A stretch of 63,680 nucleotides of DNA, counting the filler, from Octopus bimaculoides (lineage: Eukaryota), in NCBI RefSeq assembly GCF_001194135.2. It is 4 parts of 4 records of this genome, joined end to end, with 100 filler letters (N's around TTAATTAATTAA, not from the genome) between each part and the next. Parts side by side here need not be neighbours in the genome. Positions count along the whole stretch, not along the records: positions 1 to 27,181 come from NC_069001.1; 3 more parts are not named here. One strand, written 5' to 3'. Of the stretch, positions 1-12,334 are shown one piece after another. The stretch's first letter is position 1. Each line of letters opens with the position of its first letter. The notes under the pieces were generated by a model that was not told where the DNA came from, did not search any database, and was given only the letters and a program-made list of their open reading frames with translations. Position numbers and translations under genes: made by a program.

Positions 1-69
1 GGGGATAAAAAAAATAGCACAGCCATATGATTTTAAGAAAAAAACCCTTTAAAAATAGGAATCATCTGA

Positions 70-310
70 AGCAGTTCACAACCACCAACATCATCATCAG
101 CAGCATCGTCATTGCTTCCACTTCAACCACATACACCGCCATCAATGTTATCATGACGGTTACCTTGACAGTCACTTTCACCACCACAACCAGTATAACC
201 ACTGCAATACCACCACCACATAACTAACACTATCATCAACACCACTATTACCACCATCACCTCAGCATCACACATCACACCGCTCCTGTTGCTATTATAA
301 CCACCGATAC
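70..310. repeat. Degenerate (CAT/CAC/ACC)n low-complexity tract
   Basis: Trinucleotide periodicity is visible directly. Confidence 0.8.
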
Positions 311-504
311 TATTTTATCCTCCTCCCATACTTATCTCGACCATCGTCATCATCAACACTGTCTCTAAATAGCAACGCCACCATAGGTTACGTGGAAACG
401 ATGTGTTTTCAAGGGAGGTAATCAAAGAACGTAACATTGTAATACTTCGTGTAAAGTAAATATAACAAATGAAAAATCTTTCACGAATCCATAAAAATTC
501 CTGG

Positions 505-670
505 ATCATTACCAAAATTTCATCATCTGTTCCTTGTGTCATTTCCAACTTTTCCTGCAATTTTCATCAAATACCATTCACAACTTTTTGAGTTATTTTG
601 CACACAGACGGACAGATGGACAAACTAGCGGCAATGAAAACAACCTCCTTCCTTGACGGAGGTAAATATT
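505..670 (+). mobile_element. 3' end of a HINE/DINE-like non-autonomous Helentron-type repeat
   Basis: caactttttgagtt..., a GACA/GACG microsatellite core, then terminal palindrome acctcc-(ttccttgac)-ggaggt at 643-663 in an AT-rich site. This layout is typical of HINEs. Confidence 0.5.
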
Positions 671-1716
671 ATTAGGAATTGTATTGTATAAAAAAAAATG
701 CTTAAATATTTTGTGCATTGTAACCAGTTTATTGCCCGTAAATTTTAACAACAAAATCTTATACGGACCCCGGTTGAAAAGCACTGGTCTAGACTAAAAG
801 AAAGAAAGTGGATGTGAAAGTGAGACAGGCAGTATGAGCGAGAAGAAAAGGGAGAAAGANNNNNNNNNNNNNNNNNNNNNNNNNNNNNNNNNNNNNNNNN
901 NNNNNNNNNNNNNNNNNNNNNNNNNNNNNNNNNNNNNNNNNNNNNNNNNNNNNNNNNNNNNNNNNNNNNNNNNNNNNNNNNNNNNNNNNNNNNNNNNNNN
1001 NNNNNNNNNNNNNNNNNNNNNNNNNNNNNNNNNNNNNNNNNNNNNNNNNNNNNNNNNNNNNNNNNNNNNNNNNNNNNNNNNNNNNNNNNNNNNNNNNNNN
1101 NNNNNNNNNNNNNNNNNNNNNNNNNNNNNNNNNNNNNNNNNNNNNNNNNNNNNNNNNNNNNNNNNNNNNNNNNNNNNNNNNNNNNNNNNNNNNNNNNNNN
1201 NNNNNNNNNNNNNNNNNNNNNNNNNNNNNNNNNNNNNNNNNNNNNNNNNNNNNNNNNNNNNNNNNNNNNNNNNNNNNNNNNNNNNNNNNNNNNNNNNNNN
1301 NNNNNNNNNNNNNNNNNNNNNNNNNNNNNNNNNNNNNNNNNNNNNNNNNNNNNNNNNNNNNNNNNNNNNNNNNNNNNNNNNNNNNNNNNNNNNNNNNNNN
1401 NNNNNNNNNNNNNNNNNNNNNNNNNNNNNNNNNNNNNNNNNNNNNNNNNNNNNNNNNNNNNNNNNNNNNNNNNNNNNNNNNNNNNNNNNNNNNNNNNNNN
1501 NNNNNNNNNNNNNNNNNNNNNNNNNNNNNNNNNNNNNNNNNNNNNNNNNNNNNNNNNNNNNNNNNNNNNNNNNNNNNNNNNNNNNNNNNNNNNNNNNNNN
1601 NNNNNNNNNNNNNNNNNNNNNNNNNNNNNNNNNNNNNNNNNNGACCCCCACCCCTAAAACACTAAAATGCAACTCAGAGAATTGCTCTCATCTAGGTCAA
1701 TATTACTGATACATAC

Positions 1717-1862
1717 CTGAGTTCAAATTCCGTCAAGGTCGACTTTGCCTTTCATCGTTTCGGGGTCGATAAAATAAGTACCTGTTGAATACTGGGGCCA
1801 ATGTTATCGATTTACCTCTCTTTCGAAACTGCTGGCCTTGTGTCAACATTTGAAGCTAATAT
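1717..1862 (+). mobile_element. SINE family A fragment (B-box, conserved central domain, tail)
   Basis: gagttcaaattccg...aggtcgactttgcctttcatc...ggggtcgataaa is shared with more than 15 copies in the window. Confidence 0.8.
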
Positions 1863-2261
1863 TATTGCTGCATACGATATTCAACATATTCAAAATTTCA
1901 CGTCCTCGTTAGGGCCCCAAATACTTTAGTTTTGAACAGTTGTTGAAGTTTTACATTAATCGAATCAGACTCAGACATTAAGGGCTCTGCTGTTGTTAGA
2001 CGCATAAACGGCTTCCTTAGACGACGTTTTAATAAATATCATCTGCTTGGTTGACAAAGATATCCATATCTAAACTCTGAAAGTGTTGTGCCGAACTTGT
2101 TACAATTTAATTTTTATTTTAAATTGATACAAAAGTTAAATTAAAGTTAATGAATTAAATCCTATTTTATCTCAAATGGCCAATAATCAGTCCAATAGGA
2201 GCCACAAATATTTTAGATCACACCCAAAAGTTTGACTTCTTCAGCTTCTTTGATCAGTTAC

Positions 2262-2402
2262 TGACAGCAAATTGGCAGAGTCGATAGAGCAACAGAGGAA
2301 ATGCCTTACAGTATTTATTTCAGTTTGTTGCGCTCTGCGTTCAAATCTCACCGAGGTCAACTCTGGCTTTCATCCCTACAGGGCCGCTAAATAAAGTACC
2401 AA
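2262..2402 (+). mobile_element. SINE family A, diverged copy
   Basis: Same head and central domain, diverged. Confidence 0.7.
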
Positions 2403-2429
2403 ACTCGGGCGGTGAATTAGTGAAATCAT

Positions 2430-3190
2430 CAGAGTGTCTGGTGGTATACCTTGTGATATTTCGCCGGCTCTTGGCGTTCTGAGTTCAAGTAACTCAATGG
2501 CCAGTTTGATTTATAGATGTATTCTAGTATCAGGTTTAACACCACCCTCATTCTTTCGACACCTTCAATGAAGTTCGCTCTATTATTTGAGCCAGGTTTC
2601 CAGTTTGAGAATAACTTCTCCCTTCTTTCCCTCCCACTAGGCTCGGAGTCCCTGCAAAGAGTCATGAATATTGCCCCTCCTCTTAACTAGACTGAAGTAA
2701 GACTCCTATGAAGGATGGTGCTGATGTTACAATCACAAATGCCCTTGTCTAAATCCCAAAGAACCAGCTTCTCCTGAAAGACTAGAATGTTCTGACCACA
2801 CTCTAAGCTGGTAATCTTTGTAACTATGGTAAGAAGCACATTCAAACAGTATCTCTCTATAAGACAGAAATCATCAAACATGTTCTACACAGCATTGCTC
2901 ATACTCACTCACATAGTCGAGATAGCATCCCACATACACATTGTAGACAACATTACCCACACATATTTTCTGGAGATAACCCCTCTCGCATATTTTACAC
3001 AGCGTTCTATCCAACTAATTTCCCTCTTGATCCCACTTGCTGGTTCCCTACAAAACTCAAGTACAACCCTTTTAGAGTTTTGTACGTATATCTGGAACGA
3101 TGTTCTTGGTTACACATAACACCCTCAACACAATTCTCCCAAAATGGACGCTTCCTCTTTCGAGACTAAAACACTTCAACCTTCAACGGT
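2430..3190 (-). mobile_element. Possible very old RTE-type LINE endonuclease/linker remnant
   Basis: Weak by-eye resemblance of FDDFCL...ITSLECGQNILV...QHH to the RTE APE LLEFC...ITY..GG..QIDYIL...QHRL motifs. Many stops and frameshifts. Confidence 0.25.
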
Positions 3191-4435
3191 TGTTGACGTT
3201 GTACAGATATCCAGATAGAAACATTTAAAAGTAAAACACACTCACAACCACATGTAAAATACGCGTGGAGGAATTGATCGCAAATATTTCTGCAATACAC
3301 ATTCTAGAAGACTGCTCACCAAACACGTCTGTATGGCACATGTGTGTAAGACATATTTAAAAAAAACTTCTCACAAACATATCTGTGAGATATCTTCATC
3401 TACATTCCAAAGAGCTAACTTGTTTTGCAAGACCAGAATGTACTGACAATACGTTATGTTGATACTCCCTGGAACTATTGGAAGACCCACACTGTAGCAG
3501 TTCTCTGTTCTGCACTACATATTCCAGACGGCATCCCTCTATTTTAAAGTACCGCCCTACATGAGTGTATTTTAAAGTACTGCTCACAAAGATCTTTAAG
3601 ACACAGTTTAACGTATTGCTTCCGCAGTGGCGTGGCTTTAAAACATTGGCGCTGCTGTGGCTGTGTCGTAACAAGCTTGCTTCCCAAGCACATGGTTCGA
3701 GGTTCAGTCCCACTGGCACCCACTCTGGGCAAGTGTCTCACACACGTCCTAAACTACATTTTGGATTTACAAAAATTCACTCCCCAAAGAACTAACCATA
3801 ATAGGAATATGTCTTAATTTGATAAATTTTCATTATCATTTTAATTTAATCGATATTATAAGTAAGAACTTAAATTACAGCGTCAGCTGGAGCAATGGGC
3901 AGCCATATTGGAGCATGTGGTGTGTAGAGAACCGTGGACATTACATTAGGGTCACCAGATTGGGCTGTTTTTCATTACTGCACACTAATATTTCTATTTT
4001 TAATTCGGAGGACATTTGTTTATTTAAAATTTAAATTTTAAATATAAGAATCTTATTCAAAATCTTATTAAGATAATCATTAAATTAGAACTGACCCACC
4101 CGTAAAATTGGTGTGAGGATTACCATTCTTCCTCTCACAAAACCATTTCAAAGAAATAGAATAAAAATAAGATAAATAAAATAAAATTGACATGAACAGA
4201 TTTGAACTTTCCAACAGGACGTATCAAAATAACCATAAAAAAAGAGAACGCGTGAACCAACAGACCATGTACATAATTATCTATTCTAAAATATTTAGCT
4301 TAGCTTGATTGAATAATGAACTAACCCACAGCTACTCCAAACTTAGACTTCAGTTTATTTTATAATTAACCCCTCAAACAAGAGTAATTTCTTTTACTGT
4401 CTTGGAAGCCGCTTAAACCGTTTGTTTCATGGTTT

Positions 4436-4460
4436 TACACGCCCCATTTCTTGTCAGTTT
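4436..4460 (+). promoter_or_regulatory. Possible core promoter (CACGCCCC GC-box-like motif and TCAGTT initiator-like motif) upstream of the candidate ATG
   Basis: CACGCCCC at about 4438-4445 and TCAGTT at 4454-4459, 22 nt before the ATG. The same AG could instead be a splice acceptor. Confidence 0.25.
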
Positions 4461-4480
4461 CTGCTCTTTCAATTCGAGGA

Positions 4481-4505
4481 ATGGCCTTTTCATTACCGAA
4501 CACAC
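4481..4505 (+). CDS. Candidate first coding exon of the BTB-BACK gene (MAFSLPNT, phase-1 end)
   Basis: gaggaATGG start context and donor C|GTATGA. The phase-1 end joins exon 7910 (C+AA=Gln) and gives an uninterrupted 1923-nt CDS. The other upstream donors I tried (e.g. 7408 GTGAGT) give a stop or are weak. Inference. Confidence 0.55.
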
Positions 4506-4619
4506 GTATGATATTTTGATTTCTTTCTCTTTTCTTTTATTATTCTCGGGGGGAAATGATTGAAGAGGAAGAAATTTTGTAGAACTCCGGAAAATCTTCC
4601 GCTTTAAATTTTCTTGTGT

Positions 4620-5510
4620 TTATTTTCGCATCCAGGCTGAAATCACACAGAAGTTATCTAAAGACATTCGTGGGTCGAGGAAATAAAATACCTGTCATTG
4701 TAGTCGTTTTAATTAACCCTAACCCTCCACCGAAATGCTTTATCGTCAGTCTTACAGGGAAATTGTTATTATTAGAACGTTCCGAACAAAATGCTTAGTG
4801 TCATATCTTCCGGCTATTCACTTTTTGAGTTCAAATATCGCCGAGATCCATTTTGCCTTTCATCCTTTCGGGGTCGATAAAAAAGTATTAGTTGAGTCGA
4901 TGTAATCGACAATTTTAAGACTTAGTAGAACGGATTATTAAAACGTCGGTGCAGTACTTTGAGTTCGAATCCCATCGAGGTGAATTTTGCCTGTCATTTT
5001 TTTTTTTCAGAATCAATAAAAATATCATTCAAATAATAAATTTGGACGCTTATCTTCCCAAACTGCTGACTTTCTAACTAAATTAGAAATATCTTTTTTA
5101 TAAAAATGCTGCAAGTGTAGTAGAAGTGATAGGGGTGTCGGACTAAATGCCAAAACACCACCTGGTTATGTCTCCTTACCTACTCGGTTCAAGCTACACA
5201 GGGACATACTATGCCTTATATTTATAGGAATCGATAGAAGAAATATCAGCAATATTCTGAGAGCTTTTCGATCGATTTCTTCTCTGACCTATAATTACGT
5301 TATTAATTAATATTTTAAGACTCTATAGTAGTGAGTTGGCACGCCGGGCAAAATGCTTGGGCTATTTCGTCCGCCTTTACGTCCAGAATTCAAATTACGC
5401 CGAGGTCGATTTTACCTTCCATCCTTTCGGGGTCGATAAAATAAGCACCAGTTGATCACTGGCGTTGATGCAATTGACTTACCTCCTTCGACCGAAGCTG
5501 CTGGCCTATT
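4620..5510 (+). mobile_element. Cluster of degenerate SINE family A copies in intron 1 of the BTB gene
   Basis: Repeated aaatgcttag / gagttcaaat / cctttcggggtcgataaa motifs near 4790, 4960 and 5340. Confidence 0.75.
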
Positions 5511-6564
5511 TTAAAAAATCTCTCCATCGTTCCCTCTACTTTCTGACACCAACATCACCAGCACCATCTACAGATCAGTTACGGAGGGTTTTGCTTAAAA
5601 ACATTCCTATTTCCAAGTTTCGTTTTTAATTACAGTATTTTCCCCACTGATTATTTCCGAGCAGTCAGAATAGGGGTCTATAATACCCTTTATTTCGTTA
5701 GGGCCTCTGACACTGGGTGGGAGGAAGTGAACTTCAAACCAGAAATCTGGCCTGAACGCTTATGACAAAGTGAATGCTGCTTAAGGCGCCCCTCCATCTC
5801 CACGAAAACCAGATGATATTAAACTGAGCGAAGTATTAAGGCCCAGAGCAAGCAACACAAAGCATTGATTCCTTCGCTACGGTACCATATTTGATGGCAT
5901 ATTTTTGCTTTCAAATCGCACAGATGTTTTTGCGTTTCTTCCTTCGCAGGCAAAGAAAATAAAATACCGGTTATGTAGTGAGGTCGTTTTAATCAACCCT
6001 AATCCTCCACCAAAATGTTTCACCATAAGACTTAAAGGGAAATTAATAGAACATCGCGAACAAAATGCTTAGCGTCAATATGCTACCATATTTGATAATA
6101 GACGCACCTCCATTTCAGTGGCGCATATTCAGGAAAAAGGTTTTAGTGTATTAAAGCATGTATTAAAGAGGCTCTCATTTGCGTATTGGTTAGAGGTAGT
6201 CCACGTTACTCCATAAAGAGCATAGGGCCTTTTGCATATATGACTTGGGGTGATTTATCTTTTGTTTGTCATAAGACTGAAATCATACTGGGGCGCCGCC
6301 TCGAACTTTTAGTCGAATGAATCGACCGCGGCACTTCTATTTTTAACCTGGTACTTATTCTATCGTTCTTTTTTGCCGAACTGTCAAACCAAATAGGATT
6401 TTGTTATCTGAAGACCAAGTTTCCAAACCACTTATTTCTCATATCACTAATTCCATTTCTTTGTATTTCAAAAGCTTTTAACTGCATAACAGGTTTGCTG
6501 ACTTTTGTGTTAAACCAAAATATTCCATACAGTATTTACAATATTTAGTATAAGCGGGAGATGA

Positions 6565-6830
6565 CAGAATCGGTAGATCATTGGACAAAATATCCTCTAT
6601 TTGGTTACGTCCCTTCATGTTCCGAGTTCAAATCCCACTCAGATCCACTTTCCTTTCCAAGGTCCAAAAAGATCAATGCCAGTCTACAATTATTGGGCGG
6701 TGGATAGCAGAATGGAAATAGCGAGAGATAAAATAATTTATGGGATTTGGTTACGTTTTGAGTTCAAATTCCACCAGCACTGACTTTGTTTTTCACACTT
6801 TGGGGTCAATGAATTCATTCCCAGTAATTA
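6565..6830 (+). mobile_element. Two degenerate SINE family A copies
   Basis: ttccgagttcaaatccc and ttttgagttcaaattccacc heads with partial central domain. Confidence 0.65.
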
Positions 6831-7909
6831 AACATTATTGCGTTTTTACCAGTAATTAACCAGTCCATATTTATTTAGCTCCAGGTCAGTCATAATAGAG
6901 CAGATCCATGATCAAAGTTAGCCCTGCCGTGACAGTCGCGTACTTTTCCTGTATTGGGAATCCTGGGCCAAATTATGCAGTAGACGGTAGAATGTAATAG
7001 GAGGGAACACTCGGCTGCTAATTTTAGCTAGTTTATATACCACGTAGTAGCGTCTTCATTGTCTTTGAGACTTGTAGACATTCGATAACAGAATCAGAAG
7101 AGGAACGATGACTATTTTGTGCTATTTAATTCACTGTAATTTCGAGATGAAAGCCTGCCAGTTATTTTTACCCTACTTCCAAAACGTTAAGAGGGTAGAT
7201 AAAATTCATACCAGTTATACCCTGAGGATTAATTGACTGGATATATCCCCTTCCCCTCATACACACGACAATGTGGAAATGAAGAATTATGATAGGAATA
7301 GGAGGAATGGCATACAAAATGACTTGTGGTGCTTGCTTCGGCTCTTTCAGACTCTGAATGCGAATCCCAGACCTTTGAGAGAAACATAACTGGAATGTTG
7401 GGTCGTTGTGAGTTGCATGTTTGGGGAATAATGCAGGGGTACAATATTAGGGACATAGTGCAGTCCATAGTAACCGGAAATACGGGAAATGTCGGAATGG
7501 CTTCAATCTTCGCACTGTTTATTTTCCTATACCGTTAATCATTCGACCGTCTAGATACGAACATCACCACCCATGCCTCTACCTATGCCACTACTCACAC
7601 CGCCAGCCACACCACAAATCGAATCAGTGGGTTCCTCTTGATGGTCATTTGATGTACTGGAAATAGTAGCTCAATCATACAAAATTCATATCCCTGGTGT
7701 CAAGCAAAAACTGACGCATTTCATAACTTGATCAAAGTCACAGCTGGAATACCATTGGATCATAGATCTGCGTGGTCCAAGCGGGCAGAAGACAACGCAA
7801 CAACTTGGAGATAATCCTAAAAATAAATGAATCCCAATAAAATACCTTACAATACCAGAAATTGTCTAAATTATTTGATTTTTCGTTTAGTTTTGGTTTT
7901 TTGTTCCAG

Positions 7910-8060
7910 AAAGATTTCAGGCTAGTTTCGATGAGGTCAACTGGATATATACAGACAAAGATTTAACGCCACTCAAACAAGACCTAATCCAGATTTCGAA
8001 TGATTCTCACTTGGGTTGTGTCAATATAAAGTCTCATGGCCAAACTTTCAGAGTACACAG
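7910..8060 (+). CDS. Exon 2 of the BTB-BACK gene (N-terminal part of BTB: ...LIQISNDSHLGCVNIKSHGQTFRVH-R)
   Basis: T-rich acceptor ttttggttttttgttccAG and consensus donor AG|GTAAGT. Open frame ends F-R-V-H-(R), which completes the BTB HR-x-VL motif when spliced in phase 2 to 8879. Confidence 0.85.
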
Positions 8061-8878
8061 GTAAGTACACACACAAACTGTTTTTAAAATCCGTTTACCA
8101 AATCTACTTATAAGGCTTTAGTCAGCTCGGGGCTATTGTAGAAGACACATTGCCCTAGGTGGGACTGAGCGGGAACCATATGATTGGGAAGCAAACTTCG
8201 TACGACACAGCCAACCTAAGTCCAAGACGTTGTCTACAGGGTTGTATACCATTCTTGAAACCGCCAAATCGCCTTCAAATCACCCCCTCCTCACCACCAT
8301 ACAATCTTTAAAAGAAAAGAAATATAGATACAATCATTTAAAAAGTATAGAAATATAGAAATGACAATAATTTGCACTTAAATTCTCAGGATAGAAGATG
8401 GGATGGTTATGACTGGAGCGCCTTTGGCCAGTCTAATTTAGAGCTAAGTTACTGTTGCTGGTCAACGGGGATTTCATGCAATTACTTAATCTGCTAGAAA
8501 CAGCAACCACATCTCCAAACTATCGCTTATAAAAGACATTTTGGGTAGTGTACTCCTAGGCAGACGAGCCCACCTCGAGCAGTTCACTACTGGAAACCAC
8601 TTTTAGTTAGTTTTATTTGATCGGGGCTAATCTAGGGGTAAACAACGGGTATAACTTCCTGGGGCAACGAAGGAGATTGTGGTCACGACCTACAAGCAAT
8701 AAGTTAAATTTCCATCAAATGACATCCTTCCATCGAAAGAAATAGAAGATCCGTTAGTATTTCTTTTTTTTTACTAGCGTTTTAAATATCCATAGTGTCT
8801 GAAAAAATGGGATGGTTACGACTGGAAGAAGTTTTATATTCTCACTCTAAATGCTCGTTATTCTTTTTTTCTTCTCAG

Positions 8879-10625
8879 AGCTGTATTGGTGGCAACCAGT
8901 CTTGTCTTTAAATCAATGCTGAGTTTGGGCTTTCAAGAAATGCAATCCAACGAAATTGATGTCACTCATTGGTTTGGAGATATTGAATCTGCCAAAGGAT
9001 TTTTTAACTACTTGTACACCGGGACCATTGAGTTAAACGAGTCTAATATAATATTTATGCTTCAAGTTTCTCGTATGATATTTCTAGAGCACTTAGAATG
9101 CCATTGTGAGCAATATCTCTTACAAAAACTAACTTTAAACAATGTTTTAAGTACAACGGAAACAGCTTTAAATTACGAACTGAAAGATTTGAGTAAAATT
9201 TGCTTTAAGTATTTGAAAAACATTGAAAGATTGCTTCCATATAGTCACGAACTTCTTTCATTGACTCGAGAACAATTCAAAAACTTTCTGACTTCCGATG
9301 CAACGAAGATATTAAAACGCACTGTAGTTGCTCGCATGATCTCGCATTGGAATCAAAGCCATTACAGCGAAGTAATACATACGTTTCCAGAACGCAACAC
9401 CTTAGTTCAGATGTGGAAAAGTGAAAATCTTCATGTGAAGAGGAAGAAAATTTTAAAGAAAAGATGTACTTCACAGATCAACTGCCAGAATAAAACTAGA
9501 TCAGTCAGGATACAATGGACAATTTTTATACAAGAATCTTCGGGCAAAACAGCTCTATTTTCTCCTCAAAATAACAGCTGGGGAATATTTAAACTTCCGG
9601 CCATGAAAAGAAGTAAATTGATTGGTTTATTTGAAGATCATATACTCGCTTATGTTGACAAAAACCGTATCGTCTGCATAGACATAACGAATAACGAACA
9701 CAAAACCAGTTACATTGATGATACACGAAATATCAGAAATAGAACTAACAAAGTCCTTCCTTCTCGTTTCTTCTGTTTTGCCAATTATCTCTATAACATC
9801 AGCCCAATCCAATCGCACGGATTCATTATTGGTTGGGGTATTTATCGATACAGTTTCCGATATAATCATTGGATAGTAATATTTGATATTTTCATCGGTG
9901 ATTCCAAAGAGTTTTCTGTTAATATTTTTGATCGAACAGACTATTATGAAGAGCAGAAAATTGCAACAATGTCTTACAATGTGGATCCTCATAGCGTTAC
10001 TTACAGTTTTGTACATAATACTCAGCAGTCAGAGTACAGTACGTTTACAGTGATGTCGGCACATAATTCTGCGGAAAACATGGTAGAGTTACCAGAGGTT
10101 ACATTTGTACATGTAAAGGGAAAGTTGATCGGATTCAACCCACCTCTCTCTGATGTACAAATAAACCATTTGGATGATGGCTTAAAGTTTAAGATAGCTA
10201 TGGCTAAACGATTAGCAGGAAAAAGAGACGCAAACAAAATGTTGGCGCCAGGAAGCGTAGACCTAAAGTTTCCAGTTCAAAAAACAAAAGAAATCACCTC
10301 AACTAAATATTCGGATTCAGATTCGACAACAACGCCATTTGATTACGATAAAATATTCGTATTTAACTCCAAAGTCTATATTGCCATGAATTCACATCCG
10401 TTTCATTTTAATGTGTTTTATTGCGATTTTCATACGAAGGGGATTAATTCTTTGCCTCCTTTACCAACGATATTTGACGAAGATTTCATCATATTGCCAG
10501 CGTATTTAACCAAACCAATTTCTTCTGTCATGAAAAGGGCAGAAAGTTACTCGGCGCTCGAAGCTTGTAATCCCAAATGGGCAATCTCCCGTTGGAAAGG
10601 TACCTTCAGACAGGTGAAGGATTGA
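8879..10625 (+). CDS. Main exon of BTB/POZ-BACK domain protein with divergent beta-rich (Kelch-like) C-terminus
   Basis: Long open frame (579 aa in the ORF track) with acceptor ttctttttttcttctcAG at 8877-8878. BTB motifs RAVLVATSLVFKSML, FNYLYTGTIEL, LEHLECHCEQYL and LTLNNVL; BACK-like LLSLTREQFKNFLTSD...W. Stop TGA at 10623-10625. Confidence 0.92.
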
Positions 10626-10900
10626 TTTGTATCTGTTCAAACTGGGTGGTATCTTTGCTCAGAAGACTGGGTCTTTAGAAACAAAAATATTAGAAAACAA
10701 TCTATACCTGAATTAAATTTTAATCAACAATGAATAATTGCAATCCTCTTCGAGCTCACGTAAAATTATTTTCGACACGTCTTATTCGAATTTTTTCTGA
10801 TATCTAAAATTGTCTTTTTTAAGAACAAATCTGAGACGGGTCTGTGTACACGATTAATCTATATTTAATTTTTATTTTAAAGATTTATTTGTATTTTCTA

Positions 10901-10906
10901 AATAAA
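10901..10906 (+). terminator. Candidate polyadenylation signal of the BTB gene
   Basis: AATAAA about 275 nt after the stop, followed by T-rich sequence. Confidence 0.45.
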
Positions 10907-11149
10907 ATATAAACCATTTTTTTTAAATGTCGAAATTTTGATATCAGATGGAGAGCTGATGTAGCAAGCTCCTCGGTTATGAATCTCAGAGCAGATGGCA
11001 ATTATGTTGACATTTAGAAACAGCGCATGTTCATTACAATCATACAAATCAGAAATCGGGTTTTATTTCATTTTCAAAGATATGTTTCTCTTGAAAATTA
11101 ATATTCATGTCATTTTGTATAAGCGGCAAGAAATGTGATAAAAGTTGAA

Positions 11150-12193
11150 TTATTACTAGCTACCAAGGGGGCGAGCTGGCAGAACAAAATCCTTGGCGGC
11201 ATTTCTTCCGGATTTTTACGTTCTGAGTTTAAATTCCATCGAAACTGATCTCGCCTTTCGGAAGAGATAAAATAAATATCAGTCAAGCACTCGAGTCGAT
11301 GTAATCCACTAACGCCTCCCACTTATATTAGGAGTGGCTGTGTGGTAAGTAGCTTGCTTACAAACCATGTGGTCCCAGGTTCAGTCTTTCTGCGTGGCAC
11401 CTTGAGCAAGTGTCTTCTATAGCCTCTGGCCGACCAAAGCTTTGTGAGTGGATTCGGTAGACGGAAACTGGAAGAAGCCCGTCGTATATGTATGTATGTT
11501 TGTGTGTCNNNNNNNNNNNNNNNNNNNNNNNNNNNNNNNNNNNNNNNNNNNNNNNNNNNNNNNNNNNNNNNNNNNNNNNNNNNNNNNNNNNNNNNNNNNN
11601 NNNNNNNNNNNNNNNNNNNNNNNNNNNNNNNNNNNNNNNNNNNNNNNNNNNNNNNNNNNNNNNNNNNNNNNNNNNNNNNNNNNNNNNNNNNNNNNNNNNN
11701 NNNNNNNNNNNNNNNNNNNNNNNNNNNNNNNNNNNNNNNNNNNNNNNNNNNNNNNNNNNNNNNNNNNNNNNNNNNNNNNNNNNNNNNNNNNNNNNNNNNN
11801 NNNNNNNNNNNNNNNNNNNNNNNNNNNNNNNNNNNNNNNNNNNNNNNNNNNNNNNNNNNNNNNNNNNNNNNNNNNNNNNNNNNNNNNNNNNNNNNNNNNN
11901 NNNNNNNNNNNNNNNNNNNNNNNNNNNNNNNNNNNNNNNNNNNNNNNNNNNNNNNNNNNNNNNNNNNNNNNNNNNNNNNNNNNNNNNNNNNNNNNNNNNN
12001 NNNNNNNNNNNNNNNNNNNAGTGGAAGGGGTTATTTGATTACATCGACTCGAGTGCTTGACTGGTATTTATTTTATCTCTTCCTAAAAGCTAGATCAGTT
12101 TCGGTGGAATTTGAACTCAGAACGTAAAAATCCGGAAGAAATACCGCCAAGCATTTTGTTCTGCTAGCTCGCCTCCTTGGTAGCTAGTAATAA
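11150..12193. repeat. 174-bp inverted repeat (arms 11150-11323 and 12020-12193) built from a deleted SINE A plus unique flank
   Basis: Manual alignment gives 160/174 identity with no indels, including a shared non-SINE flank ttattactagctaccaagg. Confidence 0.9.
11329..11508 (+). mobile_element. SINE family B (tRNA head plus CORE-like domain), 5' part, running into a gap
   Basis: ggagtggctgtgtggtaagtagcttgctt...ggttcagtc...gcgtggcaccttgagcaagtgtcttct. Confidence 0.85.
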
Positions 12194-12334
12194 ATCATTC
12201 TAATTTTGCCACCAGTCCGGCAATTGTTGAAGGACGAGGAAATAGATTGCATAGATTTCAGGACTTGCCAGGAATCGACCCTAAAAAAAGCCGCAGTCCC
12301 TCCCGCACCATGATTATTATTGAATTTTTTTTTA

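Noticed and set aside
1960-2060. Protein-like frame IESDSDIKGSAVVRRINGFLRRRFNKYHLLG*
   Set aside because: No in-frame acceptor or start without an intervening stop, and no recognisable family.
7326-7538. 70-aa ORF and a 57-nt exon-like segment (7351-7407) upstream of BTB exon 2
   Set aside because: Splicing to 7910 creates TAA in frame and the other frames are closed. It could only be a non-coding or poison exon, with no further support.
9277-10237. Minus-strand ORFs overlapping the BTB exon
   Set aside because: Antisense shadows of a real coding exon with no independent features.
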